Shown: piece after piece, positions 9,321-18,940 of the stretch
Layout: each line of letters starts with the position of its first letter
Position numbering within the stretch: the stretch's first letter is position 1
From: an uncultured Chloroflexia bacterium
GTDB lineage: Bacteria; Chloroflexota; Dehalococcoidia; UBA2979
Reading direction: 5' to 3'
Length of the DNA stretch: 64,000 nucleotides
Assembly (NCBI GenBank): GCA_963728205.1
Contig: CAVSIV010000006.1
Coordinates: 1,472,001-1,536,000 of the forward strand
The notes under the pieces: generated by a model
What the model saw: the letters and a program-made list of their open reading frames with translations, nothing else
What the model was told of the DNA's origin: nothing
Database searches by the model: none
Program-made: the position numbers and the translations under genes

Positions 9321-9503
9321 TTGGATCGTTGGGCGCCAATGCCTTCCGCGCATCCTGTGTTCATGGAAGGGGCCGCGCCCAACCGACGTGGTTCGTAAAG
9401 AAACAAACAGTGGTGGGAGCGGTTGCGAACGACGGTGGAGTTCCTTCTTCGGAAGGAACTGGGCCGGCCCCGACCATATCTCCGTAGACCCCCGGCATGA
9501 CCC

Positions 9504-10205
9504 ATGGCCGCCAAGATCCTCGTAGCCGACGACGAGCAGAACATCATCAAGCTGCTGCGTCTCTACCTGCGCGAGGAGGGCTACGAGATCGTCGCCGCCC
9601 GCGATGGGCGTGAGGCCCTCGAGCGCTTCCATGCCGACGACCCCGACCTGATCCTGCTCGACCTGATGATGCCCGAGCTCGGCGGCTTCGACGTCTGCGC
9701 CGAGATCCGCCGCGAGTCCGACGTCCCGGTGATCATGCTCACCGCGCGCTCCGATGACGTCGACAAGATCGTCGGCCTCGAGATGGGCGCCGACGACTAC
9801 ATCACCAAGCCCTTCAACCCGCGCGAGGTCGTGGCCCGCATTAAGGCCGCCCTGCGCCGCCGCGACTGGGATCGCACGCCCGCCCGCGACGAGACGCACA
9901 GCGCTGTCAGCGTCGACGACGTCTCGCTCGATCCCGCCAGCCGCGACGTCGTCGTCGCCGGCGAGCGCGTGAAGCTGCGCCAGCGCGAGTTCGACCTGCT
10001 CGAGGCGTTCATGCGCCACCCCAACGTCGCCCTCGACCGCGAGCGGCTGCTCGCCATGGTCTGGGGCGCCGACTTCTATGGCGACGCGCGCACCATCGAC
10101 GTCCACGTCGCCTGGCTGCGCGACAAGCTCAAGGCCGGGCGACCCAAGATCGAGACGGTGTGGGGCGTCGGCTACAAGCTGGTCCCGGCAGGCGATGCTG
10201 CGTAG
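9504..10205 (+). CDS. OmpR/PhoB-family response regulator
   Basis: ILVADDE, LLDLMMP, GADDYITKPF, winged-helix RTIDVHVAWLRDKL..ETVWGVGY. Confidence 0.95.
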   Translation: MAAKILVADDEQNIIKLLRLYLREEGYEIVAARDGREALERFHADDPDLILLDLMMPELGGFDVCAEIRRESDVPVIMLTARSDDVDKIVGLEMGADDYITKPFNPREVVARIKAALRRRDWDRTPARDETHSAVSVDDVSLDPASRDVVVAGERVKLRQREFDLLEAFMRHPNVALDRERLLAMVWGADFYGDARTIDVHVAWLRDKLKAGRPKIETVWGVGYKLVPAGDAA

Positions 10206-11679
10206 CTTCCGCGTTCGGCTCTTTCTCGGCTTCGCTATCGTCATCGCGCTGAGCCTGTTCCTCTCGGCGTCGACGTCGATCTGGCTCCTGCGTGAGCAGC
10301 AGGTCGAAGCCGCCCAGCAGCGCATCGGCCTGCTCGTCGAGCCGATCGCCGGCCGCGTCGCCGCGCTCGAAGCCGGCGGCTTCCCCACCTCGCTGATCCG
10401 GCAGGATCTCGCCGGCGTCGCGCGCACCTACGACATCCGCATCCTGCTCGTCGACCCGAACGACCGTGTCGTGCTCGACACGGATCCCGACGCGCGCATG
10501 GTTGGGGAGCAGCTCGCCGTGCCGGCGGAGGCGACGCCGACCGGCACGCCGGAACGCATGAGCTCGTTCCAGGCCGTGCGCATGACGACCGCCGGCGAGG
10601 ACCTCTACCTCTTCACGCCGCGCATCCGGAGCGACGCCGGCACCTCCACGCGGCTCGTGATCGCGGTGCCGGCGCAGAACGTGACCGCCGCCTGGGCCGC
10701 GCTGCTGCCGCGCCTCTCCCTCGCCGGGGGCGTCGCCGCGCTGGTCGCGGTGATCGTCGCGAGCCTGCTCGCCTCGCGCATCACGAACCCGATCGCGCAG
10801 ATGACCCGCGCCTCGGAAGCGATGGCGCAGGGCGACCTCCAGCAGCGCGTCGAGGGCGAGGGCGACGACGAGATTGGCACGCTCGCCCGCGCCTTCAACC
10901 AGATGTCCGCGCAGGTCAGCCGCAGCAACCGCGCGATGCGCGACCTCCTCGCCAACGTCTCGCACGAGCTGAAGACGCCGCTCACGTCGATCCGCGGCTT
11001 CGCGCAGGCGATGGTCGACGGCATGGCGACGAAGCCCGAGGACTACGCGGACATGGCCGGCTCGATCTACGACGAGGCCGAGCGCATCCGCGTCCTCGTC
11101 GACGACCTGCTCTACCTCTCCGAGATCGAGTCGGGGACGCTGCAGCTCACGCTCGACCAGGTCGACGTCGACGCCGTGGTCGCCGACACCGCCCGCCGCT
11201 TCCGCTACCAGGCAGAGGAGGCGGGCGTCGAGGTGCGGCTCGCGCTCGACGGCGGGTCGATCACCGCCGACGCACGCCGCATCGAGCAGGTCCTCGCGAA
11301 CCTCACCGAGAACGCGATCCGCTTCGCGCCGCGCGGCAGCGAGGTGCTGCTGCGCACGTACCGGCTCGACCGCTTCGACGGCGGCCGCCCCGGCGGCGAG
11401 GTGGCGGTGGAGGTGCACAACGGCGGCCGGCCGATCCCGCCCGAGCACCTGCCGTACCTCTTCGAGCGCTTCTACCAGGCCGACCAGTCGCGCAGCGACG
11501 AGCGCCACAAGGGCCTCGGCCTGTCGATCGTCCGCGAGCTGGTGCAGGCGCACGAGGGGCGCGTGGACGTCGAGTCGTCCGCCGACGCCGGCACGGTCTT
11601 CACCGTGCGGCTCCCGGTGGCCGGCCCGACCGGCACCGGGCACGCCGTGGCGCCGAGCCCGACAGGGGGTACGCGATGA
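10195..11679 (+). CDS. HAMP-domain sensor histidine kinase
   Basis: Two TMs, HAMP (DEIGTLARAFNQM), H-box SHELKTPLTSI, N box NLTENA, F box FERFY, G box GLGLSI. Confidence 0.95.
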   Translation: MLRSFRVRLFLGFAIVIALSLFLSASTSIWLLREQQVEAAQQRIGLLVEPIAGRVAALEAGGFPTSLIRQDLAGVARTYDIRILLVDPNDRVVLDTDPDARMVGEQLAVPAEATPTGTPERMSSFQAVRMTTAGEDLYLFTPRIRSDAGTSTRLVIAVPAQNVTAAWAALLPRLSLAGGVAALVAVIVASLLASRITNPIAQMTRASEAMAQGDLQQRVEGEGDDEIGTLARAFNQMSAQVSRSNRAMRDLLANVSHELKTPLTSIRGFAQAMVDGMATKPEDYADMAGSIYDEAERIRVLVDDLLYLSEIESGTLQLTLDQVDVDAVVADTARRFRYQAEEAGVEVRLALDGGSITADARRIEQVLANLTENAIRFAPRGSEVLLRTYRLDRFDGGRPGGEVAVEVHNGGRPIPPEHLPYLFERFYQADQSRSDERHKGLGLSIVRELVQAHEGRVDVESSADAGTVFTVRLPVAGPTGTGHAVAPSPTGGTR

Positions 11680-12245
11680 GTCGCTACACGCACACGGTCC
11701 TGCCGGTCCTGATGGGGGTCGCGGCGGTGCTGCTGTCGATCGCCGCCGTCGGGGTGATCGTGGGGCAGCTGCGCGGCGGCGGCAGCGGCGAGCCGGACAC
11801 GGCCGCGACGTTCTCGCAGGAGATCGGTCCGACAATGCGCGCCCCCGGCCCGCAGCTCGGCGCGCGGCTCGACCAGACCTACCTCGGCGTGCGGGTGGAG
11901 GTGCAGCCGTCCGGCCTGCTCGTGCAGAGCGTGGTCGCGAACAGCCCCGCCGCCGACGCCGGCGTGCAGGTCGGCGACGTGATCACCGCCGTCAACGGCG
12001 CGAAGGTCGACTCCGCGGACGCGCTGCGCCAGGAGCTCGACACGATCGGCGCCGGGGCGCAGTACACGCTCACCGTCACGCGTGACGGCAAGTCGCAGGA
12101 TCTGAAGGTGAAGCAGGCAACCTACGCGGGCGCCGCGCGCGACTGGTTCGAGGGTGCGCTGAACGGCGAGGGCGGTGGGTGGTCGCCGTACCCGGGAGTT
12201 CCGTCCCCCCGGCCGAGCGCGACACCCTCCGGCCCGCAGACGTAA
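11676..12245 (+). CDS. Membrane-anchored PDZ-domain protein (no protease domain)
   Basis: N-terminal TM; YLGV..VQSVVANSPAADAGVQVGDVITAVNG. Confidence 0.85.
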   Translation: MSRYTHTVLPVLMGVAAVLLSIAAVGVIVGQLRGGGSGEPDTAATFSQEIGPTMRAPGPQLGARLDQTYLGVRVEVQPSGLLVQSVVANSPAADAGVQVGDVITAVNGAKVDSADALRQELDTIGAGAQYTLTVTRDGKSQDLKVKQATYAGAARDWFEGALNGEGGGWSPYPGVPSPRPSATPSGPQT

Positions 12246-12265
12246 CCGCGACTCGCCCGGAAGCC

Positions 12266-12378
12266 CGCTTCGAGCGGCGCCTGGTCAAGGCGCTGAGCGG
12301 CCCGGGGCACCTGTCTCGCCGCGACGCTCAGCATCCTCACCGGATGCCGCTCGAAGCACGCTCCCCGCTCGAAGCACG
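12266..12378. repeat. REP-like family C (GCTTCGAGCGGCGCCTGGT(C/G)AAGGCGCTGAG), inverted pair
   Basis: Same motif at 18231-18272 and 30206-30451; lies between convergent genes. Confidence 0.7.
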
Positions 12379-12380
12379 CT

Positions 12381-14067
12381 CTACGACGTCCCCCAGCGGG
12401 TGATCCAGTAGTCGTACGCGTCCTGCAGCGCGATCCACGACGCCTCGACGATGTCCGTCGACGCCCCGACCGTTCGCCACAGGTGCAGCCCGTCGGACGA
12501 CTCGATCAGCACGCGTACCGCCGCGTCCGCGCCGGCGGCGGTGTTGATGATGCGCACCTTGTAGTCGATGAGGTGCACCCGGTCGATCCCCGGGTATGCG
12601 GGCCGCAGCGCGTTGTGCACCGCCGTGTTCAGCGCCGACACCGGGCCGTTGCCGTCGGCCGCGACCTGGTTCACCTGGTCGCCGACGCGCACCTTCACCA
12701 TCGCCTGCGACATCAGCTCGTTCTCGGCGTCCCCGATCGCGCGCCGCCGCGTGTGCCGCCGCCGCTGCACGATCAGGAAGTCCTCCACGTCGAACGGCGC
12801 GCGGTACTCCGGCAGCTGCCGCCGCACGAGCATCTCGAACGACGCCTCCGCCGACTCGAACTGGAACCCAGCCGCCTCGTGCTCCTTCACCTGCTGCAGC
12901 ACGCGGCGCGCCTCGTCGTCGCTCAGCTCGATCTCGACGCCCTGCTCGCGCAGCTTCTGGATCACGCTGCGCCGCCCGGCCAGCTCCGAGACCAGCACGC
13001 GCTCCGTGTTGCCCACGCTCAGCGGGTCGACGTGCGTGTACGACCCCGGCGCGCGGCTGACCGCCGCGGCGTGCAGCCCGGCCTTGTGCGCGAACGCCGC
13101 CGCGCCGACGTACGGCTGCTGCGGGTTCGGGCTCAGGTTCGCCAGCTCCGACGCGAAGTTCGCGGTCTCGGTCAGCCGCCGCAGCTGCTCGTCGCCGATC
13201 ACGTCGAGGCCGAGCTTCAGCTTCAGGTTCGCGATCACCGAGAACATGTTCGCGTTGCCGGTGCGCTCGCCCCAGCCGTTGATGCACGCCTGCACCTGCG
13301 TCGCGCCGGCCTGCACGGCGAGCAGCGTGTTCGCCACCGCGAGGTCGGCGTCGTTGTGCACGTGGATGCCCACGCGGCAGCGGTCGCCGACCGCCGCGCA
13401 CGCCGCCTGCACGCCGGTGATGATGCGGTGCGGCAGGCTGCCGCCGTTCGTGTCGCACAGCGCCACCGTGCTCACGCCGGCGGCGGCCGCGACGCGCAGC
13501 GTTCTCGATCGCGTAGCCCGGGTCCGCGGCGAAGCCGTCAAAGAAGTGCTCGGCGTCGAAGACGACCTCGCGGCCCGCGGCGCGCAGGTGCGCCACCGAG
13601 TCGCGGATCATCGCGAGGTTCTCCTCCTCGGTCGTCTGCAGCACGGTGCGCGCCTGCTCCGCGGACGACTTCCCGACGAGCGTCACGACCGGCGTGTGCG
13701 CGTCGAGCACCGCGCGGATGGCGGGGTCGCTCGCCGCGTCGCCACCGGGGCGGCGGGTGGAGCCGAAGGCGACGAGCCGCGCGTGCTTGAGCTCCAGCGC
13801 CGCCGCGCGCTCGAAGAACTCCGCGTCCTTCGGGTTCGAGCCGGGGTAGCCGCCCTCGACGTAGTCGATGCCCAGGTCGTCCAGCTTCTGCAGGATTTGC
13901 AGCTTGTCCTCGAGTGAGAGGGAGAGGCCCTCCATGCCGAGGCCGTCGCGCAGCGTCGTGTCGTAGAGCTCGATTGGCCGCGACGGCGCCCACCCGGCGT
14001 CGGGCCGGGGCAGGGAGAGCGTGTCGGCGAGCGTCGGCTCGGTATGCGTCTCGAGGGTGTCGGTCAT
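12381..14067 (-). CDS. cimA: Citramalate synthase CimA (one frameshift near 13500)
   Basis: YDTTLRDG, DAEHFFDG, HVHND, GERTGNAN, HKAGLH, VSELAGR, DYKVRI, VRVLIES; distinct from leuA at 25673-27235. Confidence 0.85.
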
Positions 14068-14193
14068 CGTGGGTGTCCCTGTTGCTGGTCGCCGGGGGCG
14101 CGCGGGTGCGCGAGAGAGGATTGTCCGCTCGAAGCGGCCGGTGGGATCATCAGCGACGGGGGTGGGGCCGTGCGATGGGCGGCGCGCCTCGGG

Positions 14194-14277
14194 CTAGCGG
14201 GGCGCGATGATCGACGCCGCCGGCCGGGACGGCCGGGCAGCGTGCACCACCTTCACATCGACACGCGTTCGCAGCAC
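14194..14277 (-). CDS. Putative cimA leader peptide MLRTRVDVKVVHAARPSRPAASIIAPR
   Basis: 27-aa ORF 9 nt after a TTGCCG-N16-TACACT promoter (14287-14314); Ile-Ile codons can pair with downstream CGCTGATGATC. Confidence 0.5.
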   Translation of the reverse strand: MLRTRVDVKVVHAARPSRPAASIIAPR

Positions 14278-14379
14278 AGTGGTGCGAGTGTATCGCGAGA
14301 TGGCGTGGCGGCAATCGAGGGATCCCCGCATGCAATCGAAGTCCGCCGGCGACCGCTACGCCTCCGCCGAGCCGACCTC

Positions 14380-14895
14380 GTGACCGGCGACTCCCGCGAC
14401 GACCCGCGCCCGCGCCCCGCCGCGCGGGTCCTCGTCTTCGACGGCGACGGCCGGCTCCTCTTGCTCCGCACCTCGCCCGGCGCCGGCTCGACCGTCTACT
14501 ACTGGATGACCCCGGGCGGCGAGCAGCAGCCGGGCGAGACCCCCGAGCAGACGGCCGCGCGCGAGCTGCTCGAGGAGACGGGCCTCGTCGCAGCGCTGGG
14601 CCCGCGCGTCTGGCGCCGCACCTTCACCTGGCGGTTCCCCGGCAACGACCGCCAGCCCGAGGCGTGGTTCGCCACCGCCGAGTGGTTCTTCGTCGCGCAC
14701 CTCGACGCGCCACAGCCAGACGTGCGGCCGACCGGCGACGGCGACGAGATGGTCGACCTCGGCGAGGCGCGCTGGTGGTCGCTCGACGAGCTGCGCACGA
14801 CCGCGGAGCCGCTCTCACCGACGCGCCTGGTGGAACTGCTCGAGCCGCTCGCGCGCGGCGAGCTGCCGCCGGAGCCGATCGCGATCGGCCGCTAG
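14380..14895 (+). CDS. NUDIX hydrolase
   Basis: Nudix box PGGEQQPGETPEQTAARELLEETGL. Confidence 0.88.
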   Translation: MTGDSRDDPRPRPAARVLVFDGDGRLLLLRTSPGAGSTVYYWMTPGGEQQPGETPEQTAARELLEETGLVAALGPRVWRRTFTWRFPGNDRQPEAWFATAEWFFVAHLDAPQPDVRPTGDGDEMVDLGEARWWSLDELRTTAEPLSPTRLVELLEPLARGELPPEPIAIGR

Positions 14896-15001
14896 TCGAT
14901 CATTCGATTGATCGTCTTGCACGAGACGTCCCCGGTCCGGATGAGTTCGTCACGAGGGCAGGTGCAGCCGAGCGCTCGCCGCCGAGCGCATCGCCCGCGG
15001 C

Positions 15002-15181
15002 ATGGACGTCGGAGGACACCCACCGGTGATCGAGCGGCGGGTCGTCGAGGTCCGCGATCGCTTCATCTACGTATGCCGCAGCGACGAGTACGAGCGCGCA
15101 GCGGCGGAGGGGCGAGCCCCTCTGGCCGTAGGCTTTCCCGTGGTGGACGTTCTGACGGAGGGCCTTCAGCCCAGCGGTTGA
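15002..15181 (+). CDS. Small hypothetical protein (59 aa, or 51 aa from GTG 15026)
   Basis: IERRVVEVRDRFIYVCRSDEYERAAAEGRAPLAVGFPVVDVL; protein-like composition; GGAGG ahead of GTG 15026; below the ORF-track cutoff. Confidence 0.5.
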   Translation: MDVGGHPPVIERRVVEVRDRFIYVCRSDEYERAAAEGRAPLAVGFPVVDVLTEGLQPSG

Positions 15182-15259
15182 TACGTGCCTCGCGTGCCCG
15201 CTCGGACGGACTCCACGCGGTCCGCGGACGGGCCCTCCGAGCGGCTGGAGCCGCGAGGA

Positions 15260-15289
15260 TTGACACGTAAGAAAATCCTTACGCATAAT
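15260..15289 (+). promoter_or_regulatory. Leaderless sigma-70 promoter with ArsR operator
   Basis: TTGACA-[CGTAAG-N6-CTTACG]-CATAAT; ATG 6 nt downstream. Confidence 0.8.
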
Positions 15290-15295
15290 CGCGCC

Positions 15296-15625
15296 ATGGT
15301 CACCGCCAGCGTCGCGCCCGGCGTCTTCGCCGCAATCAGCCACCCGGCCCGCCGCCGCGTGCTCGACCTGCTCGCCGAGGGCGATCGCCCCGTCAATGCG
15401 CTCGCCCGTGAGTTCGCGATGAGCCGGCCCGCCGTGTCGCAGCACCTGCGCGTGCTGCTCGACGCCGGCCTCGTCACCGAGGAGCGCCACGGGCGCGAGC
15501 GGCGCTACCACTTTGAACCCGCACCACTTGCGGCGGTCCGCGAGTGGATCACGCACTACGAGCGGTTCTGGGACGACCACCTGGACCGCCTCCGCGACCA
15601 CCTGGAGAAAGCGACTCAGCCATGA
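15296..15625 (+). CDS. ArsR/SmtB-family transcriptional regulator
   Basis: FAAISHPARRRVLDLL..SRPAVSQHLRVLLDAGLV..GRERRY. Confidence 0.92.
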   Translation: MVTASVAPGVFAAISHPARRRVLDLLAEGDRPVNALAREFAMSRPAVSQHLRVLLDAGLVTEERHGRERRYHFEPAPLAAVREWITHYERFWDDHLDRLRDHLEKATQP

Positions 15626-16053
15626 CCGAGAGCATCAGCCGCGAGTTCGTCGTTCCGCACCGGCCCGAGGCCGTCTGGCGCGCGCTGACCGACAGCGACG
15701 TGCTCGCGGAGTGGCTCATGCCGAATGACTTCGTCCCGCGCGTTGGCCATCGCTTCACGTTCCGCACGCAGCCGCTGCCCCAGTTCGGCTTCGACGGCGT
15801 CGTGCACTGCGAGGTGCTCGAGTGCGACGCACCATCGCGTCTTGCGTACTCGTGGGCGGGCGGCTCGCTCGATACGCGCGTGACCTACCGGTTGGAGCCT
15901 GAGGGCGACGGGACGCGTGTTCACTTCGAGCACTCGGGCTTCGACCTCGCCGAGCCGTACAACGCCGCGGCATACCGCGGGATGAGCCCGGGCTGGGCGA
16001 CGCTGGAGCAGGGCCTCGAGCGGGTGCTCGCGGCGCGCGCCGCCGGCGGCTAG
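15622..16053 (+). CDS. SRPBCC/AHSA1-domain protein
   Basis: PEAVWRALTD..LAEWLMPNDF..VGHRFTF; ATGA overlap with ArsR. Confidence 0.88.
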   Translation: MTESISREFVVPHRPEAVWRALTDSDVLAEWLMPNDFVPRVGHRFTFRTQPLPQFGFDGVVHCEVLECDAPSRLAYSWAGGSLDTRVTYRLEPEGDGTRVHFEHSGFDLAEPYNAAAYRGMSPGWATLEQGLERVLAARAAGG

Positions 16054-16904
16054 CCTGCCGCCGGCTTCGTCGCCCGCAGCGAGTACATCATCGGCACGCG
16101 CTCCGGCCGGTCGGGCAGCACGTAGTAGGGGCGGCCCGGCTGCGAGCGCGTCTCGTCGAGCACCATCCACGGGAACCGCTTGAACGCGTTCACCGGGAAC
16201 TCGTGCAGGAACTCGAGCCGCAGCCCCGCCGCGATCAGCGCCGTCACCACGCTGCCGATCGGGTGCTCCCACTCGTACGACTCGTTGTGCGTCGTGTCGA
16301 CGCGGTCGGACGCATACGTGCCGGGCTCGTCGAAGTGCATCGGGTGCGCGGGGTCCGAGAAGTACGGGTAGCGCGCGACCATCAGGCCGTCGTCGCGTTC
16401 GTCGTCGAAGACCGCCGACATCGGGTGGAACTCCCACATGTAAAACGTCCCGCCGGGCGCGACGCTGTCCGCGACGACGCGCGCCCACGCCTCGATGTCG
16501 GCGAGCCACACGAGCGCGCCGCCGCCCGTGTAGACGACATCGAACCGCTCGCCCGCGAGCGCCTCGCGCGCGGCGTAGACGTCGGAGCACACCCAGCGCG
16601 TGCCCTCGATGCCGGCGCGCCGCGCGAGGTCCGCGGCGGCGTCCATCGCCGGCTGGGAGAAGTCGAGGCCGGTGACACGCGCGCCGAGGCGCGCGAGCGA
16701 GAGCGTGTCGAGCCCGAAGTGGCACTGCAGGTGCAGCAGCGAGCGCCCCTCGAGCGGCGGCAGCTCGTCGCGCTCGAAGAAGCGCAGCTTGGACTGCCCG
16801 GCGAGGAACTGTTCGACGCCGTAGAAGTCGGACTCGACGTGCATGGCCACGCGCTCGTCCCAGAGCGCGCGGTTCGTGTCGCGGAAGTCTTCCCAGGTGG
16901 TCAT
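16050..16904 (-). CDS. Class I SAM-dependent methyltransferase
   Basis: LLHLQCHFGLDTLSLARLGARVTGLDFS; FDVVYT. Confidence 0.88.
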   Translation of the reverse strand: MTTWEDFRDTNRALWDERVAMHVESDFYGVEQFLAGQSKLRFFERDELPPLEGRSLLHLQCHFGLDTLSLARLGARVTGLDFSQPAMDAAADLARRAGIEGTRWVCSDVYAAREALAGERFDVVYTGGGALVWLADIEAWARVVADSVAPGGTFYMWEFHPMSAVFDDERDDGLMVARYPYFSDPAHPMHFDEPGTYASDRVDTTHNESYEWEHPIGSVVTALIAAGLRLEFLHEFPVNAFKRFPWMVLDETRSQPGRPYYVLPDRPERVPMMYSLRATKPAAG

Positions 16905-16946
16905 GCGATCTCCGGCGCGCGGCACGGCTTCATCGGTCCGAACCGA

Positions 16947-17020
16947 AGCGGCGGCAGACATGCCGCCGACACCTCGCGGCCTCGGGGCCGCGTTGACATC
17001 GGCGGCATCCTGCCGCCGCT
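16947..17020. repeat. REPIN-like inverted REP pair, family B (AGCGGCGGCAGACATGCCGCCGAC)
   Basis: Further copies at 23286-23372, 28099-28151, 47487-47581, 56471-56531. Confidence 0.75.
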
Positions 17021-17055
17021 TGACGAGGTGTTCACGACAGCGTGCGTCGCTGCCA

Positions 17056-17085
17056 CACGGCAGGCCTGAGGCCTGCCGCGCGCCG
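17056..17085. repeat. Short palindrome family D (CACGGCAGGCCTGA(G/A)GCCTGCCGCGCGCCG)
   Basis: Second copy at ~25600-25630; both lie downstream of leu genes. Confidence 0.55.
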
Positions 17086-17087
17086 TA

Positions 17088-18179
17088 CTAGCCGATGCGC
17101 TCCAGCACCGCGTCCGCCATCTCGCGCGTCGACAGCGACCGCTCGCCCGCGGAGGCGATGTCGGCTGTGCGCAGGCCCTCGTCGACCGCGCGCGCGACGG
17201 CCTGCTCGAGCGCCCGCGCCTCCTCCTCGAGGCCGCACGAGTGGCGCAGCAGCATCGCCGTGCACAGGAACATCGCGAGCGGGTTCGCGAGGCCCTTGCC
17301 GGCGATGTCCGGCGCCGAGCCGTGGATCGGCTCGTACATGCCGAGCCCCAGCCCGTCCTCGCCGAGCGCGCCCAGCGACGCCGACGGCAGCATGCCCATC
17401 GACCCCCCGAGCATCGACGCCTCGTCGGTGATGATGTCGCCGAACATGTTGTCGGCGATCACGACGTCGAAGCTCGACGGGCGGCGGATCAGGTGCATCG
17501 TCATCGCGTCGACGAGCACGTGCTCGAGCGCGACGTCCGGGTACTCCTTCGACACCTCGACCACGACCTCGCGCCACAGCCGCGACGACGCCAGCACGTT
17601 CGCCTTGTCGACGCTCGTCAGCCGCTTGCGGCGCTCGCGCGCGGTGCGGAAGCCCAGGTGCGCCACGCGTGCGACCTCGTCCTCGTTGTAGTAGTCGGTG
17701 TCGACGGCCTCGCGCCGGCCATTCACGACGCGCCGCTCCTGCGGCTGGCCGAAGTAGAGGCCGCTCGTGAGCTCGCGGATGACGAGCATGTCGACGCCGG
17801 CCAGCACCTCGGGCTTCAGCGTCGACGCGTGCGCGAGCGCCGGCTCGGCCTTCACCGGCCGCAGGTTCGCCCACAGCCCGAGGCCCTTGCGGATCGCGAG
17901 CAGCCCCTGCTCGGGCCGCACCGCCGCCGTCGGGTCGTCCCACTTCGGCCCGCCCACGGCGCCGAACAGCACCGCGTGCGACCGCTGCGCGCGCTCGATG
18001 GTCTCCGGCCGGATGGCCACCCCGTGCGCGTCGATCGCGGCGCCGCCGACGAGATCCTGCTCGAAGCGGAAGACGTGCTCGAACCGCTGCCCGATCGCCT
18101 CGAGGGCGCGCACGCCCTCGGCCGTGACCTCGGGGCCGATGCCGTCGCCGGGCAGCACGAAGATGTCGAAGGTGGACAT
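17088..18179 (-). CDS. leuB: 3-isopropylmalate dehydrogenase
   Basis: [50 protein letters not shown]. Confidence 0.97.
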   Translation of the reverse strand: MSTFDIFVLPGDGIGPEVTAEGVRALEAIGQRFEHVFRFEQDLVGGAAIDAHGVAIRPETIERAQRSHAVLFGAVGGPKWDDPTAAVRPEQGLLAIRKGLGLWANLRPVKAEPALAHASTLKPEVLAGVDMLVIRELTSGLYFGQPQERRVVNGRREAVDTDYYNEDEVARVAHLGFRTARERRKRLTSVDKANVLASSRLWREVVVEVSKEYPDVALEHVLVDAMTMHLIRRPSSFDVVIADNMFGDIITDEASMLGGSMGMLPSASLGALGEDGLGLGMYEPIHGSAPDIAGKGLANPLAMFLCTAMLLRHSCGLEEEARALEQAVARAVDEGLRTADIASAGERSLSTREMADAVLERIG

Positions 18180-18230
18180 CGCGGGACTCCGTTCGGTTGC
18201 GAGCGGCGAGTGTAGCCCGGGCCGGGGCGT

Positions 18231-18272
18231 GCTTCGAGCGGTGTGCTTCGAGCGGCGCCTGGTGAAGGCGCC
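18231..18272. repeat. REP-like family C copy
   Basis: GCTTCGAGCGGCGCCTGGTGAAGGCGCC. Confidence 0.6.
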
Positions 18273-18284
18273 GGTAGGCGAGCG

Positions 18285-18881
18285 CTACCCGCCTACGGCA
18301 ATCAGCGCGCCATAGAACGCGTCGCCACCCCCGGCAAACTTCAGGGAGAGCGCCGCGACGTACGTACCCGGTGCGAGGTCGTCTGGCAGGATGGCTCGTC
18401 CTCCCACGAGCGGCACCGCGATCGACTTGTCCGGATGACGCCAGGCGAGCCAGTCCGTCTGGTCGAACAGGGGCGCCTCGGGCGCGAGCCAGAGCTCGAG
18501 TTGGACCTCCGAAAGTGGCTCGCGGAATGCATCACCGCCGAAGTTCAGTTCGTCGCCGGGCGCCGCGGGGATAGAGTCGTGCGGGGTGAGCACGCCCACG
18601 GCGTCCTGGCACCTGTCACCCCAGCAGAATGTCCCAACCAGCATGTCGCCATGGTCAGCCGGCGTCCGGAGGGTGACCCCGGGCGGCTCGCTACCCGACG
18701 CGCTCGACGGCGGCGCCGCGAAGGTCGCGTTGGCTGTCGCGGGCTCGGTGCCGGCCGGAACATGGGTGGTTGCCGTTGCCACGCCCGTCGGCGCGCGGGA
18801 TCCCCGTGAGCAGCCCACGCCGATCATACCCAGAAGCAATCCGATGGCGATGGCGATCGTGGCCCGGTGCGGCGGCAGCAT
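18285..18881 (-). CDS. Putative lipoprotein of unknown function
   Basis: Hydrophobic signal ending GVGC; Thr/Pro linker; domain containing GTFCWGDRCQD. Confidence 0.65.
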   Translation of the reverse strand: MLPPHRATIAIAIGLLLGMIGVGCSRGSRAPTGVATATTHVPAGTEPATANATFAAPPSSASGSEPPGVTLRTPADHGDMLVGTFCWGDRCQDAVGVLTPHDSIPAAPGDELNFGGDAFREPLSEVQLELWLAPEAPLFDQTDWLAWRHPDKSIAVPLVGGRAILPDDLAPGTYVAALSLKFAGGGDAFYGALIAVGG

Positions 18882-18940
18882 CCAGTTCCGTCTTTCCCCC
18901 AGTAGGCCAGACGAACGCGGGTGCGCGTCTGTTCCACCTC

